From Myxococcales bacterium (lineage in GTDB: Bacteria > Myxococcota_A > UBA9042), in contig JBBISH010000049.1 in NCBI GenBank assembly GCA_037441385.1, positions 1-41,403 on the forward strand: DNA of 41,403 nucleotides, written 5' to 3'. The notes under the pieces were generated by a model that saw only the letters and a program-made list of their open reading frames with translations, ran no database searches and was not told the DNA's origin. The position numbers and the translations under genes are program-made. Below are positions 9,160 through 17,334 of the stretch, piece by piece. Positions within the stretch are counted from its first letter, which is position 1, and the number at the start of each line of letters is the position of its first letter.

Positions 9160-10245
9160 ATGGCGGCAGACCGCGCATTCTTGGCGTACCAGGGCGTTGG
9201 CGGCGGTGCCTGGCAAGGCTGCGGCACGCGGACCGGTTGGCGATGGCCCCAGACGGCCGTGCGCTGGCTCGCGGCGTGGGCGCTGGTTTGGGGCACTTGC
9301 GCCTGTGGCGACGGCAGCGATCGCGGGCTGCTGAGCAATGGCCGCAGCTATCCAGACGACCCGCCCATGGGTCAAGAACTCCGCCTGCTGCCTACTGATC
9401 TGCCCGATGGGGTGACCCGGCTCAGGCTGGGCGTGACGCCCTACACCACCCGCGAGCGCGCCGCGAGCGACATGGCCGGCGTGATCGCGTACATGCAAGA
9501 ACGCCTGGGAATGCCCGTGGATCTGGTGGCGGCGTCGAGCTACCAAGAACTCGTCGGCATCACGCAGCGCCGCGAAGTCGACGTGGCCCTGCTCGCACCC
9601 ACCTCGTATGTCGAGGCCAAGGCTCTGGACCCAAACTTGCAGTTGGTCGCGCGCACCTTGACCCACGGCGCGCCAGAGTACGCATCCTACTTAGTGGTGC
9701 GGGTCGACGACCCGGCGCGCGCCGTGTCGGACCTGCGCGGCCGGCGGGTGGCGTGGGTGGATCCGCTGTCGGCGTCGGGGTACTTGTACCCTAAGCAGGC
9801 GCTGCACGAGCTGGGCATTGATCCGGCAAAGTTCTTTGGTGGTCAGACTTTCTACGGCACGCACGAAGATGCGGTCGCTGCGGTCATCGACGGTCGCGCC
9901 GATGTGGCCGCCGTCGCGTCGGGAATCTTCGAGCGGATTAGCCGGGTGGGCGGCGGCGACGTAGACCGCGGCAGCCTGCGCGTCTTGCACAAGGCCGGCC
10001 GAATCCCCTACGACGCCCTGGTGGTTCGGCCCGATATCCGTCCATCGGGGGCGCAGAAGATCGGCTGGGTCTTTGTCGGCCTGTCGACGCGGACTCCCCA
10101 AGGGCGGCGCATCTTGCGCCCCACCTGGTCGATCACCGGCTGGATCCCGGCCGAGGACACGGTCTACGAAAGTGCCCGCGCCACGCTGAAGCAAGCCTTG
10201 CCACCGGTCGCGGCGACCGCCACGGGGGCCAGCGATGGCCAATAG
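9160..10245 (+). CDS. PhnD/PtxB-like phosphate/phosphonate substrate-binding protein
   Basis: LRLGVTPY, VDPLSASGYLYP, GTHEDAVAAV..GRADVAAV and IPYD motifs. Start uncertain; alternative GTG at 9259 precedes a lipobox-like TCAC. Confidence 0.85.
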   Translation: MAADRAFLAYQGVGGGAWQGCGTRTGWRWPQTAVRWLAAWALVWGTCACGDGSDRGLLSNGRSYPDDPPMGQELRLLPTDLPDGVTRLRLGVTPYTTRERAASDMAGVIAYMQERLGMPVDLVAASSYQELVGITQRREVDVALLAPTSYVEAKALDPNLQLVARTLTHGAPEYASYLVVRVDDPARAVSDLRGRRVAWVDPLSASGYLYPKQALHELGIDPAKFFGGQTFYGTHEDAVAAVIDGRADVAAVASGIFERISRVGGGDVDRGSLRVLHKAGRIPYDALVVRPDIRPSGAQKIGWVFVGLSTRTPQGRRILRPTWSITGWIPAEDTVYESARATLKQALPPVAATATGASDGQ

Positions 10246-11722
10246 TCCCGTGCCACCGCGCCACTCGGGCGCCCAGCTGTCGGGGCGCATGGGCCTGACC
10301 TTGGCCTTGACCGTGCTGCTGACCCTGGGACCGGTGGGTGCCGTGGGCATGGCGGCGGTGGGTCAGGGCCTGCGCGAAGAGGCCCGCGATCGGGCCGGCG
10401 CCGTGCTGCTGACGCTGTCGGCCCCCACCGCGCTGACGCTGGCCGACTATGCCATGGACCGGCTGGACTCGTACCTGGCCGAGGCCGCGCGCCCGACGAC
10501 GCAAGATGTGATGGTGCGCGTGTTGGTGGTGCTCAATACCGAAGGGCAGATCGTAGCCGCCTCGACTGCGGCGCTGCAGCCACCGGCTGTCGCGGGCCTG
10601 TCCTTGGCCAACGCCAGCGAATTCCTCGCCCGCGCGGCCAGTTCGCGCTACCCCATCTGGCAGCGGTTCGAGCCGACCGACGACCATGCCCTGCTGCTGG
10701 TGTCGATGCCGGCGGTGTCGGGGCTGCGCTGGGGAACCTTGGTGGGCCTGTTCGATTTGTTCCCGATCGAGCAGCGCATCCGGACTTCGCAGATTTGGGT
10801 GACCTTTGCGCTGCTGACCTTGGCGCTGCTGGTGGGTGCGACGTCGTACGCCGCGTTCCGCCGCATCATGGTGACGCCGCTCGAACGGCTGAGCGCGGCC
10901 GCGGCGGCGTTGCAGGCCGGCAAGCGCCATGTGCGGCTGGACTGGCAGCGCAACGACGAATTGGGCATGGTGGCCGACAGCTTTGACCACATGGCCGGCG
11001 AGATCGAGCGGTATACCGAGAGCTTGGAGCAAAAAGTCGCCGAGCGCTCGGCCGAAGTCGAGGCCAAGAACACGGCGCTGCAGGCGGTCAACCAGCAACT
11101 GCAGAAGGCGAACGCCGAGCTGGAGCGCCTGGCCCACGTGGATCCGCTGACGCTGGTGCCTAACCGCCGGTCGTTCGACCAAGCCTTTGAGCGCGGGGTG
11201 GGCCAAGATGCCGGCCCGTGGACGATCTTGATGTGCGATATTGACCACTTCAAGCAGGTCAACGACCGCTTTGGCCACCGAGTCGGCGATGTGGTGTTGC
11301 GCGAAGTGGCCGCGATGCTGCGCGAGGGTGTGCGCGGAGGCGACGTGCTGGCCCGCTACGGTGGCGAAGAATTCGTTGCCATTTTGCGCGGCACGGACCT
11401 GGCGCGCGCGCGCGAGGTGGCCGAACGCCTGCGCCGCGACGTGGACCAACACGACTTTGAACCGGCGGTGGGCGTCGCAGTCGGGCACTTGAGCATCAGC
11501 ATTGGCCTGTGGGAAGGCGGTGATCCCGACGTATCGCGCGAAGTGGTGTTGGAGCGGGCCGATCAAGCGCTGTATGCCGCCAAGAAGGCGGGCCGCAACC
11601 GCGTCGTCGGCTGGTCGCCCACCATTGCGGCGGCGGCGCTGCGCGGCCCTTCGACCGTGCGCATGGGCAAGCCAGGACGCGGCCCCACACCGTCAAATAC
11701 CGAAAAGGACAAGACTTCTTAG
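10235..11722 (+). CDS. Membrane-bound HAMP-GGDEF diguanylate cyclase
   Basis: Two TM helices flanking a periplasmic domain, HAMP (RNDELGMVADSFDHM), coiled coil, DPLT, DIDHFKQVND, I-site RGGD, active site GGEEF. Confidence 0.93.
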   Translation: MANSPVPPRHSGAQLSGRMGLTLALTVLLTLGPVGAVGMAAVGQGLREEARDRAGAVLLTLSAPTALTLADYAMDRLDSYLAEAARPTTQDVMVRVLVVLNTEGQIVAASTAALQPPAVAGLSLANASEFLARAASSRYPIWQRFEPTDDHALLLVSMPAVSGLRWGTLVGLFDLFPIEQRIRTSQIWVTFALLTLALLVGATSYAAFRRIMVTPLERLSAAAAALQAGKRHVRLDWQRNDELGMVADSFDHMAGEIERYTESLEQKVAERSAEVEAKNTALQAVNQQLQKANAELERLAHVDPLTLVPNRRSFDQAFERGVGQDAGPWTILMCDIDHFKQVNDRFGHRVGDVVLREVAAMLREGVRGGDVLARYGGEEFVAILRGTDLARAREVAERLRRDVDQHDFEPAVGVAVGHLSISIGLWEGGDPDVSREVVLERADQALYAAKKAGRNRVVGWSPTIAAAALRGPSTVRMGKPGRGPTPSNTEKDKTS

Positions 11723-11869
11723 CGTGTCAACTTGCACGAAAGGGCCGAGGTGCATACCTTGACCGCGCGTCGAATCGGACTAACTTGGTCCGCGACGCTG
11801 GCACTAGCGCCGCCCCTATCAGCCTGCCCCATCGCGAATCACTGGGCGGGCCCCTAACCTGGAGAGATC

Positions 11870-12454
11870 ATGGCCTTCGTTCAACCCGCCCTTCCCTACG
11901 CCAAGAATGCCCTCGCCCCCTACCTGAGCGAAGAGCAGATCGAGTTCCACTACGGCAAGCATCACGCGGCCTACTTCACCAACCTGAACAACCTGACGGC
12001 CGGCAAGCCGGAAGAGAGCAAGTCGCTTGAGGATTTGATCCTGACCGGCGCTGGCGGCATCTTCAACAACGCCGCCCAGGCCTGGAACCACACGTTCTAC
12101 TGGCACTGCATGGCCCCCGGCGCGGGCGGTGCCCCCACGGGCGCGCTGGCCGCGGCCATCGACCGCGATTTTGGCAGCTTCGACGCCTTCAAGGACACCT
12201 TCAGCAAGTCCGCGGTGGGCGTGTTCGGCTCGGGCTGGTGCTGGCTGGCCAAGAACGCCGAGGGCAAGCTGGTGATCCACCCGTCGCAGGGCCCTGCGGA
12301 CCTGCCGATGAAGCACGGCCTGACAGCGATCCTGACCGTCGACGTGTGGGAGCACGCCTACTACATCGACTACAAGAACCTGCGCGCCAAGTTCGTCGAG
12401 GGCTTCTGGGGCGTGGTGAACTGGGACTTCGCCAACCGCAACTTTGGCGGCTAG
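11870..12454 (+). CDS. sodB: Superoxide dismutase, Fe/Mn family (Fe-type signature)
   Basis: HYGKHH, NAAQAWNH (AAQ is typical of Fe-SOD), FGSGW, DVWEHAYY; GGAGA SD. Confidence 0.93.
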   Translation: MAFVQPALPYAKNALAPYLSEEQIEFHYGKHHAAYFTNLNNLTAGKPEESKSLEDLILTGAGGIFNNAAQAWNHTFYWHCMAPGAGGAPTGALAAAIDRDFGSFDAFKDTFSKSAVGVFGSGWCWLAKNAEGKLVIHPSQGPADLPMKHGLTAILTVDVWEHAYYIDYKNLRAKFVEGFWGVVNWDFANRNFGG

Positions 12455-12455
12455 G

Positions 12456-13760
12456 GTGAGGCTAGCCCCGCAGGGCGCCCACGGGCGAGCGTCGGCTTGG
12501 CTGCAAACGGGACTGCTGCCCCTGCTGCTGGTGCCGGCGCTGGCATGGGCAGCAGGTCGGCCGACCAAGGCCAAGTCCCATCGTCCGGCTGCGACTGCGC
12601 GGGCCGCGCCGGCGCACCCTTTGGCAGCGGCGGCGGCGGTCGGGGTGGCCGAGCCCCTATTTGACCCGTCTGGCAAAGCCCTGGCGGCGTGGCGGGCGGC
12701 CCTGGTCCGCGCCAAGGCAGACAAAGGCCAGGCGCGAGTCGCTTTCTACGGGGCTTCGCACACGGCGGCCGACCTGTGGACCGGCGAGCTACGGCGCATG
12801 TGGCAGGCCGAGTACGGCGAGGCTGGCCACGGCTTTGTGCTGCCGGCCAAGTGGAACCTGGGCTACCGGCAGCAGGATCTGGTGGTCGACGCGTCGCCCG
12901 GCTGGCAAATCCTGCGCCACAAGCGCGAGATGGGCGCCGCCGTGGGCGAGTACGGCCTGCTCGGCGTCGCCATGCAGAGCAGCGATCCCAATGACTTCGC
13001 CGAGGTTCGCACCACCCACGACAACCCAATCGGCCGCAAGTTCAGCCAGTTGGAAGTGTGGGTGCAGCCCCAGGCCGGTGGCGGCGGCTTGCGGGTCCTG
13101 ATCGACGGGCAAGAGACCCTGGTGGCGACTTCGGAGAAAGCCGAACCGTACGCGACCTTCAAGCTGGCCGACGCGCCGCACACGGTGCGACTGCAGCCCT
13201 TGGGCGACGGTCCGGTGCGGCTGTATGGCGTCACGGTCGATCGCGCGGTGCCCGGTGTGCTCCTGGACCAACTGGGCATCCCGGGGATGCGCGCCGAGAT
13301 CCTGCTGCACTGGAGTGAAGCGCGCTGGGCCGAACAGCTGCGCCGCCGCCACCCGGATCTCGTGGTGCTGGCCTACGGCACCAACGACGTCACCGAAGAG
13401 GGCGAAACGATCGAGCGCTACCTGGCCGATTGGCAGCGCGTGCTGGCGATGGTCAAGCGCGCCGCGCCCGACGCCGCGTGCTTGATCGTGGGTCCGACCG
13501 ATCGCTTGGTGGGCAAGGGCAAGGACCGCCAGGCCGCCCCGCGCACCCCGCAGATCATCGCCGCGCAACGGCAGATCGCCAGCGCAAGCGGTTGTGCCCA
13601 TTGGGATCCGCAGCGGGCCATGGGCGGCCCTGGGTCGATGCTGCGCTGGCAAGAACAGGGCCTTGGCCAGCCCGATGGCGTCCACTTGAACCGCGCCGGA
13701 TACAAACGTATGGCGGAACTTTTTGCGGCAGCCCTGGCCGCGCAAACCGCGCCGCCCTAA
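12456..13760 (+). CDS. Exported SGNH/GDSL hydrolase (peptidoglycan O-acetyl esterase/transferase-like)
   Basis: Signal-like segment; block I YGASH, block II GIPG, block III GTND, block V DGVH. GTG at 12456 follows the sodB stop. Confidence 0.8.
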   Translation: MRLAPQGAHGRASAWLQTGLLPLLLVPALAWAAGRPTKAKSHRPAATARAAPAHPLAAAAAVGVAEPLFDPSGKALAAWRAALVRAKADKGQARVAFYGASHTAADLWTGELRRMWQAEYGEAGHGFVLPAKWNLGYRQQDLVVDASPGWQILRHKREMGAAVGEYGLLGVAMQSSDPNDFAEVRTTHDNPIGRKFSQLEVWVQPQAGGGGLRVLIDGQETLVATSEKAEPYATFKLADAPHTVRLQPLGDGPVRLYGVTVDRAVPGVLLDQLGIPGMRAEILLHWSEARWAEQLRRRHPDLVVLAYGTNDVTEEGETIERYLADWQRVLAMVKRAAPDAACLIVGPTDRLVGKGKDRQAAPRTPQIIAAQRQIASASGCAHWDPQRAMGGPGSMLRWQEQGLGQPDGVHLNRAGYKRMAELFAAALAAQTAPP

Positions 13761-13890
13761 TGTTTTGGGAAGAAGCACCTTGACGGAATGGCGGCAACGT
13801 GTTTCGACTTAGGGTGGGTGGCGGCAGTAGCGTCGCCATCGCCGGCCGGGGGCCCGGACGTTTGTTCCCCAACCTCACTGGAGGTCCAGC

Positions 13891-14235
13891 ATGGATATCA
13901 CCGTTGTCCTGAAGCTTTCGCCCGCGAATCGAGTCGAAGCGACCGAGGCGTATGTGCGCCGTCACCTCGAAGCCAAGCTCTCGAAGATCGAGACGCGGTG
14001 GGGCAAGCCGATCACAGCGCGCCTGGTCGCCGAGGAGCAACCCTCGGGGTTCGCGACGACCCTGGCGCTCCTTGGCGAGACCGAGATGGTCGCCAAGGCC
14101 TTTGACCTGAAGCTGCCCAAAGCCGTGGACCTGACGGTGAACAAGATGGTGCGCCAGTTCGAGATCGCGTCGGAGATGCGCGAAGGCCGCGAGCGCCAAC
14201 GCCGCACGACGCTGGCCAAGCCGGCCGAATTCTAG
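13891..14235 (+). CDS. Divergent ribosome hibernation promoting factor (HPF/RaiA family)
   Basis: GGAGG SD. YVRRHLEAKLSKIE and AKAFDLKLPKAVDLTVNKMVRQ resemble the HPF helices. Confidence 0.6.
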   Translation: MDITVVLKLSPANRVEATEAYVRRHLEAKLSKIETRWGKPITARLVAEEQPSGFATTLALLGETEMVAKAFDLKLPKAVDLTVNKMVRQFEIASEMREGRERQRRTTLAKPAEF

Positions 14236-14290
14236 CTTCCCTGCAAATTTGTCCCCGCGCATGGCACAGGTCCACAGATTGACGTAGGAT

Positions 14291-16156
14291 GTGCCCTGCG
14301 CGGGGGCAGCGATCGCCCACCGGGAGTTCAGCGTGGCCAACGCTAGGAAGCAACCCGGTTTGCACGGCAAATTCCGTATCATTCTTGCCTTGTTGCTCGC
14401 TGTGGCAGCGTCTGCCTGCACCGACTGGAACAGCGAAGGCGGGACATCGCCGTTTGTCCAGACCACTGGACCCGCGGGTTACGCCTACGATGGCAACGGC
14501 CAGGGCGACGGTGCGCTGCTGCATTGGGATACCTGGCAAGCCCCGCCGGCCGACGCGGTGGCAAGCGCCGATGCCGCCACGGCCGACACCGAACCGGTCT
14601 ACGACTGGGACGCCCTGCCCGCGGATGCCACGGCAGACACGGCCGATGCGGCAGCAGCGGATGCGCCGCAAGTCTACAGTTTTGATGGCAAAGGCGATTT
14701 CGTCGGCTGGCCGGACATTCCGCCGCCGCCCGATGTCGAGTTGGACGCCCAGGATGGCGCGGACGACGCCACCGCCACCGACGCCGACGACGCGGGCGCG
14801 GATGCGGCGGACGCCATCGAGCCCGCCGACGCGATCACGGCCGACGACGCCTGGCCGACCGATTCCATCGAACCTGGCGATGCCGTCGTGCCCGCCGACA
14901 CTGTGATCCCGGCCGATTCGTACCAGCCGAGCGACCCCTGCCCCGGCTCGTTCGCCTGCCCGTGCGCGCAAGACACCGAATGCCAGAGCGGGTTGTGCAC
15001 GAACCTGGGCGGCGGAACCCTGCAGTGCACCAAGGTGTGCGGCAGCGACGGCTGCCCCGCGGGCCTGGAATGTACGCAAGTCTTTGGTGCTTCAGGGGAT
15101 ACCCTGATGGTCTGCATGCTGCCCGTGCTAGACGCGGGCCCGACCGACGGCGGGGCGGGCGATGCCGACGACGCCAGCACGACCGATGTCAGCATCCAGG
15201 ATGGGCTGGTCGACGCGATCGAGAGCGATGTCTGGGACAACGAGTTGCCGATCGACGACAGCTGGCAGACCGACAGCAGTTTGCCCGACGTCGACCCCGG
15301 CGACGGGTTCGTCAGCGACGGCACCGGCGTGCCCGATAGCGTCGACGACAGCGTACAAGACCAAAGCACCGGCGAGGTCACGCTTTTGCCCGACGGCGCC
15401 GCCGCCCCCGACTGGCAAGGCTACGGGGACCTGAGCTGGCCGACCGACGCGGACATCTACGCTGGCGCCATCGGCTCGTGCCTGTCCATGTACCTGTACC
15501 AGAACGAGAGTTGCGGCGACACCCACCCCAGCGCCGCCTGCATCGACGGCATCGTCGCGGACGGCAGCCTGTACACGCAGGCGATGTTCGACCCGCTGCG
15601 CCAGTGCGAGAAGGCCGCCTGCGTGGACCTGTGCGCCAGCGCCACCGACAAGACCTGCATGGAAAAGTGCATCGCCAAATACTGCGCGCCGCAGTTCTTC
15701 GCCTGCACCTCGAACGCGATGATCGGCACCAGCACGTGCGCCGACGCGTGGAAGTGCTCGCAAGACTACCCGGGCAAGTTCCTGACCATCAGCGCCAAGT
15801 GCTACGCTGCGGCCAACGCCACCGGGCAGCAACAGTTCTCGGCGGTGATCAGCTGCGCCACCCAGCCACAGACGGCTTCGTGCGTGCCGCAAATCGCCAC
15901 CTGCTTTGGCGCCAGCCCCGCCGGCACCGAAAACTGCGGCAATACCTCGGCTTGTATGAACGCCTGCAACGGCGACCAGTCCTGTTCGTGGTCGTGCTTG
16001 GGCAAGGCCTCGCCGCAGGCCGTGCAGCTCGTCGACGACGTGTGGACCTGCTCGGTGCAGCAGTGCCAGCCCAAGTGCGCTGGCGCCGAGCCGTGCCAGA
16101 CCGACTGCCTGAAGTCAGCCTGCCAACAGCAGCTGGTCAAGTGCCTGACGAATTAG
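14291..16156 (+). CDS. Cys-rich exported lipoprotein, hypothetical
   Basis: Lipobox LLAVAASAC, two acidic Asp/Ala-rich linkers, an EGF-like Cys module and a C-terminal repeated Cys-helical region. The true start is probably near 14360. Confidence 0.75.
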   Translation: MPCAGAAIAHREFSVANARKQPGLHGKFRIILALLLAVAASACTDWNSEGGTSPFVQTTGPAGYAYDGNGQGDGALLHWDTWQAPPADAVASADAATADTEPVYDWDALPADATADTADAAAADAPQVYSFDGKGDFVGWPDIPPPPDVELDAQDGADDATATDADDAGADAADAIEPADAITADDAWPTDSIEPGDAVVPADTVIPADSYQPSDPCPGSFACPCAQDTECQSGLCTNLGGGTLQCTKVCGSDGCPAGLECTQVFGASGDTLMVCMLPVLDAGPTDGGAGDADDASTTDVSIQDGLVDAIESDVWDNELPIDDSWQTDSSLPDVDPGDGFVSDGTGVPDSVDDSVQDQSTGEVTLLPDGAAAPDWQGYGDLSWPTDADIYAGAIGSCLSMYLYQNESCGDTHPSAACIDGIVADGSLYTQAMFDPLRQCEKAACVDLCASATDKTCMEKCIAKYCAPQFFACTSNAMIGTSTCADAWKCSQDYPGKFLTISAKCYAAANATGQQQFSAVISCATQPQTASCVPQIATCFGASPAGTENCGNTSACMNACNGDQSCSWSCLGKASPQAVQLVDDVWTCSVQQCQPKCAGAEPCQTDCLKSACQQQLVKCLTN

Positions 16157-16163
16157 AGAAAGC

Positions 16164-17114
16164 TCAAGGTTCTACCGGCCGCGGCGGCACCGCCGGCTGC
16201 CCCGCCGGTCGGCGCTGAACGTTCGCCGACTTGTTCAAGGCCTCTTCGACCTGGCTGCGCACCTTCTCGCGCTTGGCCGTGGCCAGATCCTCTTCGATCG
16301 TGACCCGCACGTCGCCGAGCTGCAGGGCTTCGTTGACGCGCACGTCGACCAGCTGCACCAGCCAAAACCGGTGGTTCGGACCGCGGATCAGGTCGGACGT
16401 CTCGCCAGGCTTCAGGCGGGGCAACACTTCGCGCCATTGGGGCGGCATCTGGTGGAATTTCAGGTAGCCCAAGTCCCACGGACGCGCTTCGCCCAGCGCA
16501 GGCGCCTTGGTCAGCTTGACGTAGACCGGACCCACGGCCTCGCCGCGCTTGAGGGCCGCCTGAGCTTCGAGCATCGGCGCTTCCTCGCGACCAAAGAGCT
16601 GCAGCACGTGGTACTCGGTACGGATCTGCTTTTGCTCCCGCTCCCAATACTCTTGGACTTCCGCCTCGGTCGGACGGGTTGGATCCAGCACCTGGCGGCG
16701 GAAGTATAGGTCGGCCAACCGTTCGCGACGCAGCGAATTGCGCTGCACTTCGATCTCGGCCAAGTCCTTGACGACCGCCGCATCGGTGTCCAACCCCTGC
16801 CGCACCGCCTGCTGAGCGGCAAGCTCGCGCTGGATGATCTGCTCCAGGGCGGCCGCCTCTTGCTCTTGGGTCAGTTGCACGTTGTTGCGCGTGCGGTTGC
16901 GCAGCGAAAAGCGCACGTCGTCGGTCGTGATGAGCACGCCGTTGACGGTCGCCAGCACGTCGCCGGCCACGGAAGTCGCCGGCTTGGGCAGCTCGGCGGC
17001 GCACGCGGGACAGGCCGGGCAGGCAGGTTGCACCGTGGCGGCGGAATCCGGGGTGGCACGGCTGCAACCGGCCGCCCAGACCATCAACAACGCTAGAGGG
17101 ATATGTGCTCGCAT
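16164..17114 (-). CDS. SurA/PrsA-like parvulin (PpiC-type) foldase lipoprotein
   Basis: MRAHIPLALLMVWAAGC lipobox, LATVNGVLIT, ALEQIIQRELAAQQA, DLGYL and LKPGETSDLI parvulin motifs. Confidence 0.85.
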   Translation of the reverse strand: MRAHIPLALLMVWAAGCSRATPDSAATVQPACPACPACAAELPKPATSVAGDVLATVNGVLITTDDVRFSLRNRTRNNVQLTQEQEAAALEQIIQRELAAQQAVRQGLDTDAAVVKDLAEIEVQRNSLRRERLADLYFRRQVLDPTRPTEAEVQEYWEREQKQIRTEYHVLQLFGREEAPMLEAQAALKRGEAVGPVYVKLTKAPALGEARPWDLGYLKFHQMPPQWREVLPRLKPGETSDLIRGPNHRFWLVQLVDVRVNEALQLGDVRVTIEEDLATAKREKVRSQVEEALNKSANVQRRPAGQPAVPPRPVEP

Positions 17115-17201
17115 GGGTTCCAAGGGCGGGTCTCGCCGGCAAATGGTGCGCCAAGAGGGCAGAGGGCCCGATCGCAGCCGCGATCGAGCCCCCCACAGGT
17201 A

Positions 17202-17328
17202 ATACGAACCCCATCTGATTCGCGCCTGTACGGCTTTTCTGACCCGTTGTGCAACTGGCGAGAATCAGGCGGGGACCCCGGTTCGGGCCCGAGGAATTAC
17301 CCGAGTTTTCGATCCGACTCGGACGGAA
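17202..17328. repeat. 127-bp structured intergenic repeat, copy 2
   Basis: About 89% identical to copy 1, same orientation; ends 6 bp before the decaheme gene stop codon. Confidence 0.95.
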
Positions 17329-17334
17329 TTGGCG

